DNA of 64,000 bases. Source: Alphaproteobacteria bacterium. GTDB lineage: Bacteria; Pseudomonadota; Alphaproteobacteria; UBA7985. The translations under genes and the position numbers were made by a program. The notes under the pieces are model-generated. The model did not search any database. It was not told where the DNA came from and saw only the letters and a list, made by a program, of their open reading frames with translations. Positions 30,476-40,425 of this stretch are shown here, piece after piece (within the stretch, counting starts at the first letter, position 1; every line of letters begins with the position of its first letter). The DNA lies in contig CBDDHH010000004.1 in the NCBI GenBank assembly GCA_965228345.1, forward strand, positions 74,983 to 138,982, in the 5' to 3' direction.

Positions 30476-30895
30476 ATGGTCCTGTTTCATCTCGCCTTTG
30501 CCGTCAACGACTTGCCGACAACGCGCCAGTTCTACGAGGGGCTACTCGGCTGCCGCGTTGGGCGCACCGCGGAAAAGTGGATCGATTTTGATTTTTACGG
30601 CCATCAGATCAGCGCCCATGTCAAACCCGAAGAAACCGGGCTGGCATCGGGCAACACGGTCGATGGCAAGACCGTCCCAACCCGCCATTTTGGCCTGATT
30701 CTCGCATGGGACACCTGGCAAGCCCTGGCCGACCGCCTCAAGGCCGCCAAAACCAAGTTTCTGATCGATCCCTACATTCGCTTCGCCGGAGAAGTCGGCG
30801 AGCAAGGCACTTTCTTCATCGCCGACCCCAGCGGCAACGCGCTAGAGTTCAAAACCTTCCGTGACATGGACCAAGTCTTCGCCAACGAAGCGTAA
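30476..30895 (+). CDS. VOC (glyoxalase/bleomycin-resistance/dioxygenase) family protein
   Basis: MVLFHLAFAVNDLPTTRQFYEGLLGC.. typical VOC beta-alpha-beta-beta-beta start. ATG is 2 bp after the pyk stop. Confidence 0.6.
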   Translation: MVLFHLAFAVNDLPTTRQFYEGLLGCRVGRTAEKWIDFDFYGHQISAHVKPEETGLASGNTVDGKTVPTRHFGLILAWDTWQALADRLKAAKTKFLIDPYIRFAGEVGEQGTFFIADPSGNALEFKTFRDMDQVFANEA

Positions 30896-31126
30896 AGCCC
30901 TCGCCAATGCACGCTAAAATTCCCTTCCGAGACCTCAGCATAAGTCGACTTCGGGCCAAAGAACCACAATACATGGTGTCACCGAAGCGAAATAAGCACA
31001 ATATCTTGCTGTCAACTTTCGGTTCTCTGATTTATGCTGCGGCCTCCTGCCAAAGCAACGCGAGGGATTTTTAGGGAAACTTCGGCAACTTCCAAGTCGT
31101 ACCAGGCACCCCCTCACCGTGAGGGG

Positions 31127-31202
31127 TGGTGGAGCATAGCGGGATCGAACCGCTGACCTCTTCGCTGCCAGCGAAGCGCTCTTCCAGCTGAGCTAATGCC
31201 CC
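31127..31202 (-). tRNA. tRNA-Ala (anticodon GGC), CCA encoded
   Basis: Reverse complement GGGGCATTAGCTCAGCTGGAAGAGCGCTTCGCTGGCAGCGAAGAGGTCAGCGGTTCGATCCCGCTATGCTCCACCA. Cloverleaf has G3:U70 and the anticodon loop ctGGCag. Followed by hairpin cccctcac-cg-gtgagggg. Confidence 0.85.
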
Positions 31203-31281
31203 AAAGCGAGTGCGCGGTTAGCTTGAGAGTTGAAAGAAGGCAAGCCAGAAAATCTTCGAGCCATGGCACCAAACAGCGCCT

Positions 31282-31476
31282 CATACCAGTTCACCTCAAA
31301 ACAGACTCTTTATGAACTGGTATAGGGCCGCGACTGCGGCCCCCGTAGCGGCCCCGAGAACAGCGGACACCCGCCTTGGGGTATAAGCGAGGGCCCCGTC
31401 GGGGGCGAAACGCGAAGCGTTTCTGCCGTGAGACAAAACTCTGCTGATTATGTCAATGTTTAGCGGAGTTGGTATG
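31282..31476 (-). repeat. Modular hairpin repeat copy (reverse orientation)
   Basis: cataccagttcacctcaaaacagactctttatgaactggtat ... ggcgaaacgcgaagcgtttctgccgtgagaca ... tgtcaatgtttagcggagttggtat. Confidence 0.85.
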
Positions 31477-31478
31477 AG

Positions 31479-31859
31479 TCACAGATCGCGCAAGACTTGG
31501 CGCAAATGCTCGGCCTGATCGAAGCTGGTGTCGTAGACGAACGTCAGCTTCGGCGTGTACTTAGAACTGCTCTTTTTCGCCACCGCCGCGCTGAGGGTTG
31601 GCCGGGCGTTTTTGAGGGCAAACTCGCAATCGGCCTCGGGCACGGGCCCCAGGGGCACATAGAAAGCCTTGGCCGTGCGCAAATCGGCGCTGCAGCGCAC
31701 TTCGGTGAAGGTGAGGCTCAAGGGATGCCCGCGTTGATCGAGCAAATCTTCGCGCAGGCCTGCTTCGCACAAGGTATGGCGAATGTGCTCGCCTATCTTG
31801 AGTTGGCGTTGGCTTTGCCCGCGCCCATCGCGCGGTCTGGGTTGACGGCGGCTTTTCAT
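31479..31859 (-). CDS. rbfA: Ribosome-binding factor A-like protein
   Basis: ..RQLKIGEHIRHTLCEAGLREDLLD..LTFTEVRCSADLRTAKAFYVPLG.. fits the RbfA KH-like pattern. Start set at MKSRRQ. Not in a nusA-infB context, so only moderate confidence. Confidence 0.45.
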   Translation of the reverse strand: MKSRRQPRPRDGRGQSQRQLKIGEHIRHTLCEAGLREDLLDQRGHPLSLTFTEVRCSADLRTAKAFYVPLGPVPEADCEFALKNARPTLSAAVAKKSSSKYTPKLTFVYDTSFDQAEHLRQVLRDL

Positions 31860-31953
31860 GGGCGCGCCTGTGGCGTGCTTGCCGATGAAAAGCAAGAGTT
31901 TGCGCTTGTCCGCCTGCCGCCAAGGCCCTAGCGCGCCACTTATGAAATCTGGC

Positions 31954-33150
31954 ATGAGTGAACAGCGGACCCGAAGGGCGTTTCGGGCCATTGCGGGGTG
32001 TTTCTTCATGCTGGGCTGGCTGGTTCCCACGCTGTTCGCACAGTTTCCTACCGTACGCGAAAATTTGCAAATTGAAGAATGGCAAATCACGGTCTTCATC
32101 CTCACCATGGCGCTGGGGGCGATCCCATCCATGATCGCCAGTTCCTGGGCGATTGGGCGCTGGGGCAGCCAGCGACTTGCCCTGATCTTTCACCCGCTGA
32201 TTCTGATTTTTCCCGTCAGCTTCATCATGGCCCCAACTTATGAGGTGTTGTTGGGCGTCGGTTTTGCCATGGGTATTTGTACGGGTTTTTTTGACGTCGT
32301 GGCCAATACCCAGGGCAGCTTGCTGGAACGTGTCACCGACCGATTTTTTATGACCAGCATCCATGCGCTCTTCGCCTTGGGCGTCTTGGCCGGGTCCTTC
32401 TTAGCCTCCGTAGCCCACTTTGTTGGCCTGTCTTTGCCGCTATTTTTTGCGTGGCTTACTCTTGTGTCCAGCGCCCTGTTCCTGTTCATTTGGCGCGACT
32501 TCCTCCCTTTTGCGGTAGAACGCGACCAGGAACGCAGCGATGGGGCCGACCTTGGGACCGTTTCGCCCAGGATTTCCCGGTTCTTGCTCATCGCCCTGGC
32601 GGTTTTGATGGTGCTGGGAATCGAGGCCGAGGCCGCTCACTACGATTGGTTAGCGCTCTATTTTGCCGACGAGTTCGTATGGCGGGGGGAGGCCCTGCCC
32701 AAGCTGGGGTCAAATCTGGCCATGGTGTTCTTTTCCTCGGGGCTGCTGTTGGCGCGTCTGGTTGGGGACGGCGTCGCTGATCGAATCGGGCGCCCCAAAT
32801 TGCTCTTGTTCGGCACCTTGATCGGGCTGGCCGGCTTGGTCTGGCTGATCGCGACGCCTGCGTATGGGCAGGGGTTGCTGGCGGCCTTTTTGATCGGGTT
32901 TGGTTTTGCCTTTTTCTTTCCGATTTTTGTGGCGGCAGCGGGGCGTCTGCGCGGCATTCGCCCCGCCTTTGGCGTGGCCCTGGTCTCGGCCATGGGCTGG
33001 GCGTCGATCTTTATCGGGCCGCCGCTGATCGGATTTATCGAGCACCACTACGGGTTCCGCTGGGCCTACGCGTCCATCATCCCTGTGGCGGCGTTCGTCG
33101 CGATCTTGGGACCATGGGTCGTGTTCAAATCCCGTCCTGGCAATCACTAG
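31954..33150 (+). CDS. MFS-type transporter (12 TM)
   Basis: Two six-helix halves, GRxxxxG-like loop (GRWGSQRL), hydrophobic throughout. Confidence 0.65.
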   Translation: MSEQRTRRAFRAIAGCFFMLGWLVPTLFAQFPTVRENLQIEEWQITVFILTMALGAIPSMIASSWAIGRWGSQRLALIFHPLILIFPVSFIMAPTYEVLLGVGFAMGICTGFFDVVANTQGSLLERVTDRFFMTSIHALFALGVLAGSFLASVAHFVGLSLPLFFAWLTLVSSALFLFIWRDFLPFAVERDQERSDGADLGTVSPRISRFLLIALAVLMVLGIEAEAAHYDWLALYFADEFVWRGEALPKLGSNLAMVFFSSGLLLARLVGDGVADRIGRPKLLLFGTLIGLAGLVWLIATPAYGQGLLAAFLIGFGFAFFFPIFVAAAGRLRGIRPAFGVALVSAMGWASIFIGPPLIGFIEHHYGFRWAYASIIPVAAFVAILGPWVVFKSRPGNH

Positions 33151-33186
33151 GATAATCTAGGGTTTGTCCAGCGAGGGAGTCCAGGC

Positions 33187-34077
33187 ATGAACTATGAGGT
33201 GTTTATCACCGCCGCGATCACTGGTGGCGGCGCCACCACCCAAAAGTCGGACAAGGTGCCGATCACGCCTAAGGCGATTGCTGCCGCCGCGATTCAAGCC
33301 GCCAAGGCCGGGGCCGCCATCGCCCACTGCCATGTCCGCGACCCGCAAACCGGCGCGCAATCGCGCGACTTGGCCTTGTATAGGGAGGTGGTCGACCGCA
33401 TCCGTGACGCAGATACCGACGTGGTGATCAACCTAACGGGGGGAACAGGCGGGGATTTGACCCTGGGATCAACCAGTGCGCCCTTGCCCCTCGACGCTGC
33501 AGGTACCGACATGGCGAGCGCCGAAGTGCGGGTTCAGCACGTCAAGGATTCCTTGCCCGAAATCTGCACCCTTGATTGCGGCACCATGAATTTTGGCGAG
33601 GGCGACTACATCATGACCAACACGCCCGCCATGTTACGGGACATGGCGCGCCGCATGACCGCCCTGGGGGTCCGTCCTGAAATCGAAGCCTTTGACACCG
33701 GGCATCTGTGGTTTGCCAAGCAACTGGTCGCCGAAGGCCTGATTGAGGATCCGGTTCTGGTGCAGCTGTGCATGGGGGTGCCCTGGGGAGCGCCGCCCGA
33801 CATGACCACTTTCATGGCCATGGTCAACAATGTCCCTGAAAACTGGGTATTTTCGGCCTTTTCCATCGGGCGCTTGCAATTGCCCTACGTGGCGGCGGCG
33901 GTGCTTGCGGGCGGCAATGTGCGGGTCGGGCTGGAAGACAATATCTACTTGCGGCGCGGGGTGCTCGCGAACAATGGACAGTTGGTCGAGCGCGCGGTGA
34001 CGATTCTGGAGGCCATGAACGTACGGATCCTTGGGCCCGCGGAGGTGCGCGAAAAACTAAAGCTGCGCAAAGGGTAG
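33187..34077 (+). CDS. BKACE family (beta-keto acid cleavage enzyme, DUF849) protein
   Basis: TIM-barrel BKACE hallmarks: [11 protein letters not shown].. near N-terminus, ..[10 protein letters not shown].. zinc-ligand His pair, ..[10 protein letters not shown].. C-terminal motif. Confidence 0.8.
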   Translation: MNYEVFITAAITGGGATTQKSDKVPITPKAIAAAAIQAAKAGAAIAHCHVRDPQTGAQSRDLALYREVVDRIRDADTDVVINLTGGTGGDLTLGSTSAPLPLDAAGTDMASAEVRVQHVKDSLPEICTLDCGTMNFGEGDYIMTNTPAMLRDMARRMTALGVRPEIEAFDTGHLWFAKQLVAEGLIEDPVLVQLCMGVPWGAPPDMTTFMAMVNNVPENWVFSAFSIGRLQLPYVAAAVLAGGNVRVGLEDNIYLRRGVLANNGQLVERAVTILEAMNVRILGPAEVREKLKLRKG

Positions 34078-34083
34078 GACGTC

Positions 34084-35244
34084 ATGTTTTTCGACCCGAC
34101 GCCTGAGCAGGACCTGATCGTCAAAACGGTTCGATCCTTCGTCGAAACCGAACTTTACCCCCTAGAAGACGAGGTTGAAAGCCTTGGTCATGTGCCCAAA
34201 GACATGGGCCAGACCATCGCTCGAAAAGTTCAAGACCTAGGGTTCTTTGCCCCCAATTTCCCGGAGGAGGTCGGCGGCGGCGGCCTCAATCATTTGGACT
34301 TTACCCTCCTGGAACGGGAGTTGGGTCGGGGCTCCATGGCCCTGACGCACTTCTGGGGGCGGCCCCAAGGCATTTTGATGGCCTGCCGCGACGATCAGAT
34401 TGACACCTATCTAAAGCCCGCAGTGGCGGGTGAGCGCTGGGATGCCCTAGCCATGACCGAACCCGACGCAGGGTCCGACGTGCGCGGGATGAAATGCCGC
34501 GCCGACCAACGGGGTACGGATTGGGTCCTCAACGGCACCAAACACTTTATTTCCGGCGCCGAACACGCCGACTTCGTGATCGTGTTTGTGGCGACGGGGG
34601 AGGAGCAGACTCCGCGCGGGCCGAAAAAAATCATCACGTGCTTCCTGGTCGATCGTGGCACCCCAGGTTTTGAGATCAAACCAGGCTACGCCAGCGTTTC
34701 GCACCGCGGCTACCCCAACAATATCCTCACCTTCGATGACTGTGTCTTGGGTCCAGGGCAGGTGTTGGGCGAGGTCGGCGGCGGTTTCGCCGTCATGAAC
34801 GAGTGGCTCTACGCCACGCGCATCACGGTGGCGACCATGTGCGTCGGACGTGCGCGCCGGGTCTTTGACTATGCCTTGACGCACAGCGCCGACCGCAAGC
34901 AATTTGGCCAATCTATCGGCAAGTTCCAGGGCGTGAGTTTCAAACTCGCCGATATGCTCACCGAAATCGATGCCGCTGATCTCTTGACGCTACGAGCCGC
35001 CTGGCAGCTCGACCAAGGCATGTCAAACAATCGCGAGATTGCGAGCGCCAAACTCTACGCCTCCGAGATGCTGGCTCGCGTGACCGATCAGGCCATTTCG
35101 ATCTACGGCGGCATGGGCCTAATGGACGATCTACCCCTTGCACGGTTCTGGCGTGATGCGCGCGTTGAGCGGATTTGGGACGGCACGTCCGAAATTCAGC
35201 GTCATATCATCAGCCGCGATTTGCTGCGCCCCCTGGGGGCCTAA
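34084..35244 (+). CDS. Acyl-CoA dehydrogenase
   Basis: 386 aa with ACAD N/M/C domains and catalytic-base region ..YGGMGLMDD..RIWDGTSEIQRHIISRDLL. Confidence 0.85.
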   Translation: MFFDPTPEQDLIVKTVRSFVETELYPLEDEVESLGHVPKDMGQTIARKVQDLGFFAPNFPEEVGGGGLNHLDFTLLERELGRGSMALTHFWGRPQGILMACRDDQIDTYLKPAVAGERWDALAMTEPDAGSDVRGMKCRADQRGTDWVLNGTKHFISGAEHADFVIVFVATGEEQTPRGPKKIITCFLVDRGTPGFEIKPGYASVSHRGYPNNILTFDDCVLGPGQVLGEVGGGFAVMNEWLYATRITVATMCVGRARRVFDYALTHSADRKQFGQSIGKFQGVSFKLADMLTEIDAADLLTLRAAWQLDQGMSNNREIASAKLYASEMLARVTDQAISIYGGMGLMDDLPLARFWRDARVERIWDGTSEIQRHIISRDLLRPLGA

Positions 35245-35265
35245 TACCAGCAGCCAAGGGATTTT

Positions 35266-37230
35266 ATGGCCGACCTAGGGCGCTTGCTGAACCCCAAATC
35301 CATCGCCCTCATCGGGGGCAGTTGGACCCACAATGTCAGGTTTCAACTGACCCGCATGGGCTTTGACGGGCCCCTATGGCATGTCCACCCGCGGGCGGAG
35401 TTTCAGCGCGTTGAGGACCTGCCCAGCGCGCCCGACGCGGCCTTCATCGCCGTCAATCGCCATGCCAGCGTGGAAATCACCCGCAGTCTACGCGCGCGCG
35501 GGGCTGGCGGGGCAATTTGCTTTGCCTCGGGTTTTGAGGAAACAGGTCGCGAAGGCGCGGCCTTGCAAACGGCCCTGTTGGCGGCGGCGGGACCCATGCC
35601 CTTACTTGGCCCCAACTGCTACGGCCTGATCAATTACTTGGACGGTGTGGCCCTTTGGCCCGACGTCCATGGCGGCCGCAAGGTCGACCGAGGTGTCGCG
35701 CTGATTACCCAATCGTCCAACATCCTGATCAATATGACCATGCAGCAGCGCGGCGTCCCGCTCGCCTATGTGCTGGCCGCGGGCAATGGCGCGCAGGTGG
35801 GCTTGCCCCAGCTGATCGCGGCTATGGACGCCGACCCGCGCGTCACCGCCCTTGGCCTTCATATCGAGGGATTTGGGTCGGCGCGCGCGTTTCATGCCGC
35901 GGTGTGCGCCTGTTCCAAGCCCCTTGTCGCGCTTAAGGCGGGCGAGACCGACGCGGCCCAGGCGCTGACCGTGTCGCATACGGCCTCGCTCTCCGGGTCG
36001 GACGCGGTGGCAAGCGCCTTTATGGACCGCTGCGGTCTCGGCCGGGTTCGCTCGATTGAGGGTTTAATGGAGGCGCTCAAGGTTCTGCATTCGGGCGGCG
36101 GCCTCGCCGCTCCGACGATTGCCAGCGTATCCTGCTCGGGCGGGGAGGCCAGCCTCATGGCCGATGCCGGGGCGCGCCACGGGCTCCAGTTTCCCGCCCT
36201 TGCGGGTCTCGGCATTGGCGATACGCTGAACCCTATGGTCCAGGTGTCCAATCCTTTCGACTATCATACCTTCGATTGGGGCAACCCCGAGGCTTTGCAA
36301 CCCGCCTTTACGAAGGTCATGCAGGGGCCGCAGGCCATGACAGTTTTCGTACTCGATTGGCCACGCGAGGGCAGCGGCGACGCCACAGGATTTGAAACGG
36401 CGATCAGATGCATGATCGCTGCGCAGAAAACGACGGGCGCACGGGCCAGCGTGCTGGCCACTCTGCCCGAAAACATGCCCGAATCCTTGGCTGCGCGATT
36501 ACTGGCGGCGGGGTTGGTCCCCTTGCAGGGGTTGCAAGCAGGCCTGGAGGGGGTGGCGGCCGCCGTATTGCCCGCGGGCGGGGCCTTCACCCACGTGCCG
36601 CCCCCAGCGCGGCGCGGCGCGACCTTAGACGAGTTTGCGGGCAAGCAAGACTTGGCAGCAGCGGGGCTAACCGTCCCCCAAGGGCGGGTCGTCGAACGCA
36701 TTGAGGATGTGCCAACGGACATGAATCGCCCCGTTGTGATGAAGGCTCTGGTCGCCGATTTGGCGCACAAGTCCGATGTTGGGGGGGTCAAGTTGCAGGT
36801 CCATGACCTCGCGGCAGCCTACGCGGATCTTGCGCCCCTATCCCCCCGCGTTCTGGTCGAGGAAATGGTGAACGACGCGGTGGCGGAACTGATTGTCGGG
36901 GTCGCCTACGACCCCGTTGTTGGGGGGCACTTGGTTGTGGGGGCCGGCGGTGTCTTGACGGAGGTCTTATCGGACACGACCGTCTTGCTCATGCCCGCCT
37001 CTGCCGACCAAGTGAACGCTGCGCTTTCGACCCTCAACATGGCACCGATGCTCAACGGCTACCGCGGCAAGGCGGCGGCGGATCGCCCCGCCTTGGTCCA
37101 GGCGATCATGGCGGTGCAAGCGCGGGTGCTGCGTGGTGATGTGGCCGAGTTAGACATCAACCCCCTCATGGCAACGCCCACCCGCGCGGTTGCCGCCGAT
37201 GCCTTAGTTGTTTTAGGAGAGCGCCCATGA
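35266..37230 (+). CDS. ADP-forming acyl-CoA synthetase (fused CoA-binding + ATP-grasp domains)
   Basis: N-terminal CoA-binding Rossmann (SIALIGGS..), succinyl-CoA-synthetase-like alpha/beta arrangement, C-terminal ATP-grasp. Confidence 0.75.
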   Translation: MADLGRLLNPKSIALIGGSWTHNVRFQLTRMGFDGPLWHVHPRAEFQRVEDLPSAPDAAFIAVNRHASVEITRSLRARGAGGAICFASGFEETGREGAALQTALLAAAGPMPLLGPNCYGLINYLDGVALWPDVHGGRKVDRGVALITQSSNILINMTMQQRGVPLAYVLAAGNGAQVGLPQLIAAMDADPRVTALGLHIEGFGSARAFHAAVCACSKPLVALKAGETDAAQALTVSHTASLSGSDAVASAFMDRCGLGRVRSIEGLMEALKVLHSGGGLAAPTIASVSCSGGEASLMADAGARHGLQFPALAGLGIGDTLNPMVQVSNPFDYHTFDWGNPEALQPAFTKVMQGPQAMTVFVLDWPREGSGDATGFETAIRCMIAAQKTTGARASVLATLPENMPESLAARLLAAGLVPLQGLQAGLEGVAAAVLPAGGAFTHVPPPARRGATLDEFAGKQDLAAAGLTVPQGRVVERIEDVPTDMNRPVVMKALVADLAHKSDVGGVKLQVHDLAAAYADLAPLSPRVLVEEMVNDAVAELIVGVAYDPVVGGHLVVGAGGVLTEVLSDTTVLLMPASADQVNAALSTLNMAPMLNGYRGKAAADRPALVQAIMAVQARVLRGDVAELDINPLMATPTRAVAADALVVLGERP

Positions 37231-38009
37231 ACCACGTGACCACAACCAAAGCGGGCCGAATCTGGACCCTGACTCTAGATCGACCCAAGGCCAATGCCAT
37301 CGCACTGACCACCAGTCGCGCGATGGGGGAGCAGTTTCGCGCCTTCCGCGATGATCCTGAGGCGCGCGTCTGCATCGTCAAAACCGCTGGTGAGAAGTTC
37401 TTCTCAGCCGGTTGGGATTTAAAGGCCGCCGCCGAAGGCGACTCGGTTGTGGGTGATTACGGCGTCGGCGGCTTTGGTGGATTGCAAGAACTGCGTGACA
37501 TGAACAAGCCGGTGATTGCTCAGGTCGAGGGCATGGCGGTCGGCGGGGGTTTTGAACTCATGCTCTCGTGCGATCTGATTTATTGCACCGCGTCGTCCAG
37601 CTTCGCCCTACCCGAAATTCGCGCTGGCACCTTGGCCGACGCCGCCTCGATCAAGCTGCCCAAACGCATCCCCTATCATATCGCCATGGACCTGTTGCTG
37701 ACCGGGCGGTGGATGGACAGTAGCGAGGCGGCGCAGTGGGGCCTCGTCAACGCGGTGTTGCCCGACGGGCCAGCCCTTGAGGCCAAAGTGCAGGAGATCG
37801 CACAACTCCTGGAAAGTGGTCCTCCGCTGGTGTTTCAGGCCATCAAGGAAACGGTGCGTGAGGCCGAAGGCGCCAAGTTCCAGGACACCATGAACCGTGT
37901 TACCAAGTCGCAACTCGCGACCGTCGAACGGCTCTATACCTCCGAAGATGGGCAAGAGGGCTTTCGGGCCTTCGCCGAAAAGCGCGATCCCGTATGGAAA
38001 GGGCGCTAA
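37227..38009 (+). CDS. Enoyl-CoA hydratase/isomerase (crotonase) family protein
   Basis: Crotonase fold with oxyanion-hole segment ..AQVEGMAVGGGFELMLSCDLIY... Start overlaps the upstream stop by 4 bp. Confidence 0.8.
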   Translation: MNHVTTTKAGRIWTLTLDRPKANAIALTTSRAMGEQFRAFRDDPEARVCIVKTAGEKFFSAGWDLKAAAEGDSVVGDYGVGGFGGLQELRDMNKPVIAQVEGMAVGGGFELMLSCDLIYCTASSSFALPEIRAGTLADAASIKLPKRIPYHIAMDLLLTGRWMDSSEAAQWGLVNAVLPDGPALEAKVQEIAQLLESGPPLVFQAIKETVREAEGAKFQDTMNRVTKSQLATVERLYTSEDGQEGFRAFAEKRDPVWKGR

Positions 38010-38039
38010 GAGTCTGTCTTGGCTAGTAAGACCAGCGGC

Positions 38040-38078
38040 AAATATAAATGACTCTTATGACCGTTGGTATAAGTTCTA
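38040..38078. repeat. Partial solo unit (aaatgactcttatgaccgttggtataag)
   Basis: Right half of type-2b unit plus clamp. Confidence 0.5.
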
Positions 38079-38202
38079 TAGCGAAGGCCTGGCAGGGGTT
38101 TCAAAGAAAGGCATCTATCTTCACCCAGCTTGGCCGAAATGAGGCACGCATCAGGTCTTGAGATTTCAAAGATGCTCGCTTAGACTGCGGCGGTAAAGGC
38201 CC

Positions 38203-38607
38203 ATGACCCATCCCAATCCCAACCCTAAATGGCCCGGTGACTTGGCCGCGGATACCCAGCGCTTGGAACGCCTGAAAGCGCGTGTGGCCAGCGCGCGCGC
38301 TGCGGGCGGCGCTGCGCGGGTCCCCGAATTTGATCCCGCCAAACCCACAACAGGAATGGGACTGGGATTTAAGATGGGAATGGATCTTACCGTAGCGACA
38401 CTCGTTGGCTTCGGCCTCGGGGCCCTGGTCGATTGGCCCTTGGGCACCTTCCCCCTGCTGGCGCTGATTTTGTGCGCCCTAGGTTTTGCCGCCGGCATAC
38501 GGATGGTCTTAGCAGCGGCTCAGGACTATCGCACCCGCCTGGATGCGGGTATTGTTGCGCAACACTCGCGCAACCCCTCTATCGACCGTCGCGTGCGCCG
38601 ACGCTGA
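38203..38607 (+). CDS. atpI: ATP synthase protein I (AtpI/AtpZ-like), first gene of F0 operon
   Basis: Small 2-4 TM protein immediately upstream of atpB, the usual alphaproteobacterial arrangement. Confidence 0.55.
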   Translation: MTHPNPNPKWPGDLAADTQRLERLKARVASARAAGGAARVPEFDPAKPTTGMGLGFKMGMDLTVATLVGFGLGALVDWPLGTFPLLALILCALGFAAGIRMVLAAAQDYRTRLDAGIVAQHSRNPSIDRRVRRR

Positions 38608-38631
38608 CACAGATTTTACAAGGAACTGTCC

Positions 38632-39459
38632 ATGGCTGATTCAACCTTGATTCCAGGAACCCCTTGGTTGAAAGAACCAGGTCAAGCGATTGACCCCACC
38701 TCGCAATTTATTCCCAAGACGCTGTTAGGCTCAGAGATTTCTTGGCTTACGTTCACCAGCGCCAATTTAATGATGTTTTTTGGCGTCTTGGCCACCTTTG
38801 CATTGATTTATGTCGGCCTGGGTTCCAAAGCGGGTCGGGTGCCAGGGCGCATGCAAGTTGTCGCCGAAGCTGCCTATAGCTTTGTTAGGACGACCTTGCT
38901 CAGTGCCACAGGGGACGCGGGAAAACCTTATTTGCGGCTCATGATCACGCTGTTTTTCTTCATTGCCATGGGTAATTTTCTGGGCATGGTTACCTTGTCG
39001 ATTCCAGGCCTTGGGAATCCATTTTTTACCTACACTTCGCACTTCGCTATTACCGGGGCTTTAGGATTTGGCTTGATGATTTTTGTGACGGGCCTTGGGA
39101 TCCATAGGCATGGCTTGAAATTTTTCACCTTGTTTGTTCCCCAAGGCGTTCCCCTTCCGCTCTTGTTCGTTCTGGTGCCCATTGAGGTCATCTCCTACCT
39201 AACCCGCCCCGTCACCTTGGCAGTGCGGTTGTTTGCCAACATGGTGGCAGGTCACGCCCTGCTGAAAACCTTGGCGAGCTTTCCCTACTTCGTAGCCTCC
39301 GCCGCGACCTCTTTGACCTTAGGGGTTTTCATGACGGTCGCCATGCAACTCATTTTGATCCCCTTGACGGGCCTAGAATTCGTGATCGCGTTTTTGCAGG
39401 CCTATGTATTCGTCATGCTGGCCTCCATGTACTTTAAGGATGCGATACACCTGCACTGA
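38632..39459 (+). CDS. atpB: F0F1 ATP synthase subunit a
   Basis: ..LAVRLFANMVAGHALL.. conserved Arg-containing helix. 5-6 TM. Confidence 0.9.
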   Translation: MADSTLIPGTPWLKEPGQAIDPTSQFIPKTLLGSEISWLTFTSANLMMFFGVLATFALIYVGLGSKAGRVPGRMQVVAEAAYSFVRTTLLSATGDAGKPYLRLMITLFFFIAMGNFLGMVTLSIPGLGNPFFTYTSHFAITGALGFGLMIFVTGLGIHRHGLKFFTLFVPQGVPLPLLFVLVPIEVISYLTRPVTLAVRLFANMVAGHALLKTLASFPYFVASAATSLTLGVFMTVAMQLILIPLTGLEFVIAFLQAYVFVMLASMYFKDAIHLH

Positions 39460-39541
39460 GTTCGTTCGGGGTCAACTGTGGTCACGGTGCGCAAAACGAC
39501 TTCACAGATCACGGCTTGAATCTCTCCCCTGGCAGGCCTAA

Positions 39542-39811
<270 letters not shown>

Positions 39812-39897
39812 GCCTTTAGGGGTCATTGACGGGGTCGTTTGCCTCCGGGCTCTCCTCACTCCATGCCTCTTTGGTCCCAAACTAGGAACCCTGCCTG

Positions 39898-40425
39898 ATG
39901 ATCGGTGCTCCCCTTTTTGCTGCTAGTGAGGCCGCCAGCACGGCCTTTGGCCCCCTTGATTTCGCCATAGCGGGGTCGTTGCTGTTTTGGGCGCTGGTGT
40001 GCTTTTTGATCTACTACTTCGTGTTGGCGCCCATGTTGATGCAGCGGTCCGAAACCGTGATCGAAGATCGGGACAGGACGGTGAAGAACGACTTGGCCGC
40101 CGCTGAGCAAGCCAACGCAGACGCCGCAGCCCTGCTCGCCCAGTATGAAAGCAAGTTAGAAGACGCGCGGGCCGAGGCGAGCGCTGCTGTTCGAGAGGTT
40201 TTGGCCACAGCGAAGCTGAAGGCCGTGGCGGAAGAAAATCGCGTCTCGAAGAAAATTGCCCAAGGTGCGCAGGAGGCCGAACAACGCATCTCTGCAGCGC
40301 TTCAAGAAGCCGCGAAGGACCTGGCTGAAAGTGCTGCCGAGACCGCGCAGGCGGCTGTGGCCTGTTTAGCGGGCCTTAAGGTGACAAAGACGATGGCCAA
40401 AAATGCCCTTAAGGCGAGCCCCTAG
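39898..40425 (+). CDS. atpF2: F0F1 ATP synthase subunit b'
   Basis: Single N-terminal TM plus long A/E/K-rich helix. First of two b-type genes, as in alphaproteobacteria. Confidence 0.7.
   Translation: MIGAPLFAASEAASTAFGPLDFAIAGSLLFWALVCFLIYYFVLAPMLMQRSETVIEDRDRTVKNDLAAAEQANADAAALLAQYESKLEDARAEASAAVREVLATAKLKAVAEENRVSKKIAQGAQEAEQRISAALQEAAKDLAESAAETAQAAVACLAGLKVTKTMAKNALKASP

Noticed and set aside
31479-32132. Longer 217-aa ORF for the rbfA-like gene
   Set aside because: The upstream 90 codons have no RbfA homology and overlap the divergent MFS gene start. The shorter start at MKSRRQ was preferred, and even the rbfA assignment is tentative.
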